NCBI GenBank assembly: GCA_000708835.1
Contig: DF236962.1
Span: 310,001-374,000 of the forward strand
Origin: Klebsormidium nitens
Taxonomy: Eukaryota > Plantae > Klebsormidiophyceae
Reading direction: 5' to 3'
DNA: 64,000 nt
Shown: positions 59,901 through 64,000 of the stretch, in pieces
Layout: every line of letters begins with the position of its first letter
Numbering within the stretch: position 1 is the first letter of the stretch
Program-made: the position numbers and the translations under genes
Notes under the pieces: generated by a model
Databases searched by the model: none
Told to the model about the DNA's origin: nothing
Seen by the model: the letters and a program-made list of their open reading frames with translations, nothing else

Positions 59901-61887
59901 AGAAAGCTCACTCGGTTGTGATCGTTTCAGCTTTCATACTTGGTCAGCTGTGGTCACAACTTCATCTACATAGGAGAGGCAACACGGTCGAGAGCGACTT
60001 TCACTACGTGAGTTGAGAGAAAGTTTCTGCAAAACAAGTTTACCTTGAGACCAACAGCCTCTTGGAAACACGGCGAAATCTGACGCTCCGGTTGTTTTGG
60101 CAGCCGTGCGAAGTTGGCTGGCCAGATTGTCTCGCTGAATGTTTGTCACTTTCCCAGGCTTTCTATTCGTCACCTTCTGAATGAACGGTTCCGAGAGTCG
60201 ACTGACAGCCCCATCGGCTCGCCAAATGAAGGGCATGGCAAAAGTCCTTTCCGGCGGCTCTTGCACCTTACTGTCAGCTTGACTTCTGACCTGGTCCCGA
60301 GAATCATAATCACACTCTAACGTTTGCCTCAGACCGGCTGCCAACCTGCATGCCAATGAATCTGCAAAGGCCGACCTTCGACACCATCGAAGATCGAGGA
60401 GAGGCATCCTTCCTGTTTTATCTCCGTAGGAGTCACGTCCCTTGGCGAATAGCAGCTAGGAAGTAGCTCCTTCATTTACACTCAGACGACCCATTCTCTG
60501 TCCCCAAGGCCCCCAGGCCAGCTGTAACCGAAGCTTGAGACACGTTCAAGGACTCGGTGTGCGGTGCACTTTGCTTACGTTGATTTGTAACAGGAGAGGG
60601 AAGAAATATGGTATAGGAAGGTTGAAAAGAAATCAGGAAAGTGTTTTCAGGCCGAGTCTCTTTGGACCGAAGCATCGTGCAAGGAGTCGCTGTATGGCCA
60701 AATCATTGTCCGCATTGAGGACAAAGAGAACAAACAAACCCTGTTTTCTCGAGCCGGTATCTCGGAATCCATCAGGGATCGCAGAAACGAAGAGAGCCGA
60801 CCCACAAACAATCCGCTATTTTTTCTCAGGCCGGTGGTTACCAAGGCGGGGAACGCCTTCAAGAAGTCGGTGTATGGCCGCTGTGTTGTCCCTTAAAGGT
60901 CCCCAAGAGAAGTTAAGGACCGCAAAAAGGGCGAGTCCGCAAACAAACAAATACTGTTTTCAGGCCGGTGGTTACCAAGGCGGTGAACGCGTTCAAGGAG
61001 TCGGTGTACGGCCCCGACTGGGAGGAGGCTGAGGCGGCGGCCGCGACGCAGCAGGCCCAGCCGAGCGAAGCGGCGAAGAAGCGAAAAGCCGCCGCGGACT
61101 TGGCGGCATCGCAGCAGGGTGCATTCAACTGGAAAGAGTTGGCGGAGAAAGGGCAGGTGAGGCGCTAAATTAGGGTGTTGGTTTCCGGAGCTCAAAACAC
61201 TTCGGAACGCTTCTTTGCAAAATGGAAAAGCGTGTCACTGATTTGGCTGATTGGGGGACCTATCTGCTGCGGCACTCGCGTCCAGAGAAAGTCTTGGAGG
61301 TCTTGTTGCGGAAGCACAGTCATGCTTGTACGAGTCGACTGGGGCGGGAAGCAAAAATCTAAGGGTTGGGTTGGCTGTTGCCGATGGAGGCCGACCTTTT
61401 GATCGTAAGTGACTCTGCTGCAGACCACTGGATGGGTGCGTACCTAATTTCAGTACCTTGTAGAGTCTGTGCTTGGGTTGCTGGGAAATGAGACAGTGCT
61501 CCTATCGATCTCAATCTCGGGGGGTTGTTGCAACAAGAGCGCTGAAAAAGCGTCCAAGAAACGCGTCAGTTTCGGAACCTTTCGTTTCGTCACCAGAAGT
61601 TTGCGGAGCTTTCTTCGAGGTATTTTGCAACATGGTCTCGATCGCGAACACAGATTGCCGCATTTTTTAAAGCGACAAAGTTTTGATACCCGGCTCTGTC
61701 AGCGAATTCTAGCAAGGGGGTCGTCCGAACCAATGGACGCGCTTAGCACTAACGGCCATCCCTTTCCTGGCAGCTAAACACGCTGAAGAACGAGGAGCTT
61801 AAGACATACTTGAGAGCGAACGCCTTGCAAGTGGGTGGTAGCAAAAACGCCCTGATAGAGAGAATACTGAAGCACATGGGTTATTGA
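50945..61887 (+). CDS. KU70: Ku70 (XRCC6) NHEJ DNA end-binding subunit, about 19-20 exons, C-terminal SAP domain
   Basis: Exon peptides VIYLVDCHPHMF (about 51330), DLKNKIISQASDETGLCFFNT (51599-51709), KRVLIFTNNDDP (about 53260), ISIELLPMSRPGEEFD (about 53830), RKKMLKKRVQR...VGMNLYALIR (54787-54919), DPGLQLLGFKP...FLYPSDE (to 56384), GSIKAFIALH, GFQLIPLPFSNDIRD, KKIDL...QIANP, LQKHYASLQALALDE, PVVTKAVNAFKESVYG (60964-61155), SAP exon ending TGA 61885-61887. Confidence 0.96.
56359..56543 (+). repeat. Duplicated Ku70 exon 3' end with 5' splice site
   Basis: ccgggttcctctacccgagcgacgag|gtgag (donor 56385) and ccggcgttcctctattcgagcgacgag|gtgag (donor 56538), 153 bp apart. Confidence 0.85.
60511..60880 (+). 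repeat. Three truncated copies of the 5' end of the Ku70 penultimate exon, with acceptors, inside the preceding intron
   Basis: cag|GCC... copies start at 60517, 60651 and 60830 and each ends near GTGTATGGCC. The real exon starts at 60964. Confidence 0.85.
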
Positions 61888-63115
61888 CGGTCCGGAGAAG
61901 GACTGACGCCACCAACTTGACGCCCATTGAAGCTGCCCCTCAAGACTTCCTATTTGTCTCTCCTTGAGTGACGTTAAGGATCAGGATTAGATCTGAAGCA
62001 CGAGCACTACTGACTGAGACGTAGATTGGATGGAGTCATCTAGCTGCTCTTGGACTTTGACTACATTCGAGTACAATGTACATAATACAACGGTTAAGCA
62101 AGGGCGGCGATTGCATGCTATAGTAGTCTGCGAAGTCAATGTCAGAGGTTGGAAAAGCTTTTTCTGTCGGCTCGGTAGTCTGCAATTGGCTTTACCGGCC
62201 GGCTGAGCCCACCAAGTGCCTGCCATTTCTGCCGGCCAACCAGCCGGCGCCGTGCCTTTGGAATCGGCCGGGGTCCTGTCTCGGCCGGCCAGGTCCTAGT
62301 TCTCTTGCTTGACTTAAGGCCAATGTCGAAGCGGAAATTAAGGCTTCGCATGCATCTGCCTTTTGCAGATGTCCTCATTCGAGTTTTTGACTAATACGCA
62401 CGTGCTAAGCACTTGCACAAGTTAAGGCACAGCACAGTTGTTGTTGCACAAGCATGTTTGTGACTACTGAATTCGAGGTCTATTTTTGCATAGATATGCA
62501 TGTTTGAAACCGTTTGAAATTGTTCCATGCAATCCCTTGATGTTTATCACAGGACAATTTCTGCGCAAGTGTGCATAATAGATTATTGGGAACCCTCTGC
62601 TCAGCTGAATAGGAGTCGCTGCAATATGCGGACACTCGCACCATGAGGCACGCCCGGCGACGTTTGCCAGAGAGGCCCGGCCCGCGGCCGCCAGGCTGAA
62701 GCCGCTGCTCGTATATGTTCGAGATGCACATGCGACCGGCCCCGCTCTAGTTGCCGCAGATACTTTACCAAAGCGTGCCAGCTGGACGGCGCTGCCACGT
62801 GGCGATCGCACATCCAGCCTGAAGTGGCAGCAATCTGGCGCGCAGGCTGCCACGCAATGGCGCCGTTTGATGCTCATCCGATCAGCGCATCCAAATTGCA
62901 ATGGGATGGATGTGAAGAGGGGGACGCCATGGAGGGAATCTGCTGCACACTGCACAGGCTGAAGCTAGGTGACCCAAAGCTGGCTTTCGCATTGGCTCCC
63001 TTTTGCTCTTTCTAGGTTTCAGTTTCCGTAAGGACTTAAGTTTCGGCTGCCACATACATGCGCGCCCGTTTGAGGCAGCTGCAGCGAGGAGACGCTGACA
63101 TGTAGCTGACGCGCA

Positions 63116-64000
63116 ATGGCGTCAACTGCATTCATTGCCAGAGTAGGCCGGTCTGCCTTCCTGGCCGGTCACATTCACCATTTAGAAGATACATTGCCTG
63201 CAACTGCCGCCCGCCCCGCATTTGTGCACCAAAAAACAGCCAGGCACTCATTTGTAATCAGGGGACAGCAGTCTCCTTCTAGAAGATCAGAAGGAATTCC
63301 AAGGCAGGGGTCGGGTCAGCCAGGGTTGAGAACTGTCGGCAGGCGGTCGGCATTCAAATTGGCGGGGGAAAGAGTTGGCAGGGGAATGGGAATTGGCGCA
63401 GCTTCCGGGAACGCTGACCCGGGGGAGCTGAGAGTGGTCGAAATCAGCTCACATCAGAAGACAGCAGGTGCCGTTGTGACTTTGTTTCAGAATGTGTCCG
63501 CACTGATTCCCCCATATTCTGTCTGGATTCTGTTCTGGATTTTGATCTATTTGCTGAAACGAGTATTCCCATTTTAGACTAAATTTGGTCACTTGACTTT
63601 GAAGTTGGACAACAGCTCAGTCTCACCTCTGAGCTATGCAACGCCTGTTGAACGCTCCTGGTGAGAAGATAAAGCAGGCGAAGATGTGACCTTTCAGTCG
63701 CAAAGCCAGCGAGTATGCAGCTTCTCAGAAGGAGCTTGCTTATGAGGACTTCGAGAAGATTCTGTTCTGCAGGAGGTAAAACTTTGCTGGCGGCAATTGC
63801 GATGGCTCAAAGGTTGTTTAGTGGCGTCTCTTTCGTTTTCAGAACGACAGCAATGTGAGCAATAGAGTGTGGTCAAACGAATTGCTTATGGAAGTGAAAG
63901 TGCGATTGAGCAGAGGTCCACAGCAGAGGTCCGCTTGCAGCAAAGCAAAAAGGTAACACGAATTATGCTCGGGCGAAAGCCTGGCAACTCTGCATGATCG
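63116..64000 (+). CDS. 5' part of a probable plastid-targeted, possibly thylakoid-lumen, protein; continues beyond the window
   Basis: ATG 63116 begins MASTAFIARVGRSAFLAG..., an Ala/Ser/Arg-rich transit-like peptide with a twin-arginine-like GRRSAFKLA. Downstream exon structure not resolved. Confidence 0.4.

Noticed and set aside
397-61887. DNA-repair cluster idea (EXO1-like, nucleases, Ku70)
   Set aside because: The genes are tens of kb apart with unrelated housekeeping genes between them; this is ordinary eukaryotic gene order.

Overview
Eukaryotic, intron-rich nuclear DNA from a plastid-bearing green-lineage organism. The gene set and intron style suggest a streptophyte alga such as Klebsormidium (inference, not proven). 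Recognisable genes, left to right: the last exon of a probable EXO1-like protein; a head-to-head pair of intronless PD-(D/E)xK nuclease-fold paralogs, one with an intact E-D-ExK motif and one with it degenerated; PSRP1 (plastid ribosome hibernation factor); CYP59 (cyclophilin-RRM-zinc knuckle); a PDV plastid-division protein; a class-IV PLP aminotransferase-like gene; a CDPK; a DTW-domain tRNA acp3U transferase; Ku70; and the 5' end of a probable plastid-targeted protein. The most notable signals are three. (1) The apparently active/dead divergent nuclease pair. (2) Recurrent arrays of truncated exon copies that retain splice sites, inside introns of CYP59 (two arrays) and Ku70 (one acceptor array, one in-frame donor duplicate). 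(3) A PDV whose C-terminus appears to combine PDV2-like and PDV1-like motifs. About 7.3-11.7 kb and 26-34.4 kb hold only unassignable ORF fragments. All alignments were done by eye and family motifs recalled from memory; no searches were run.
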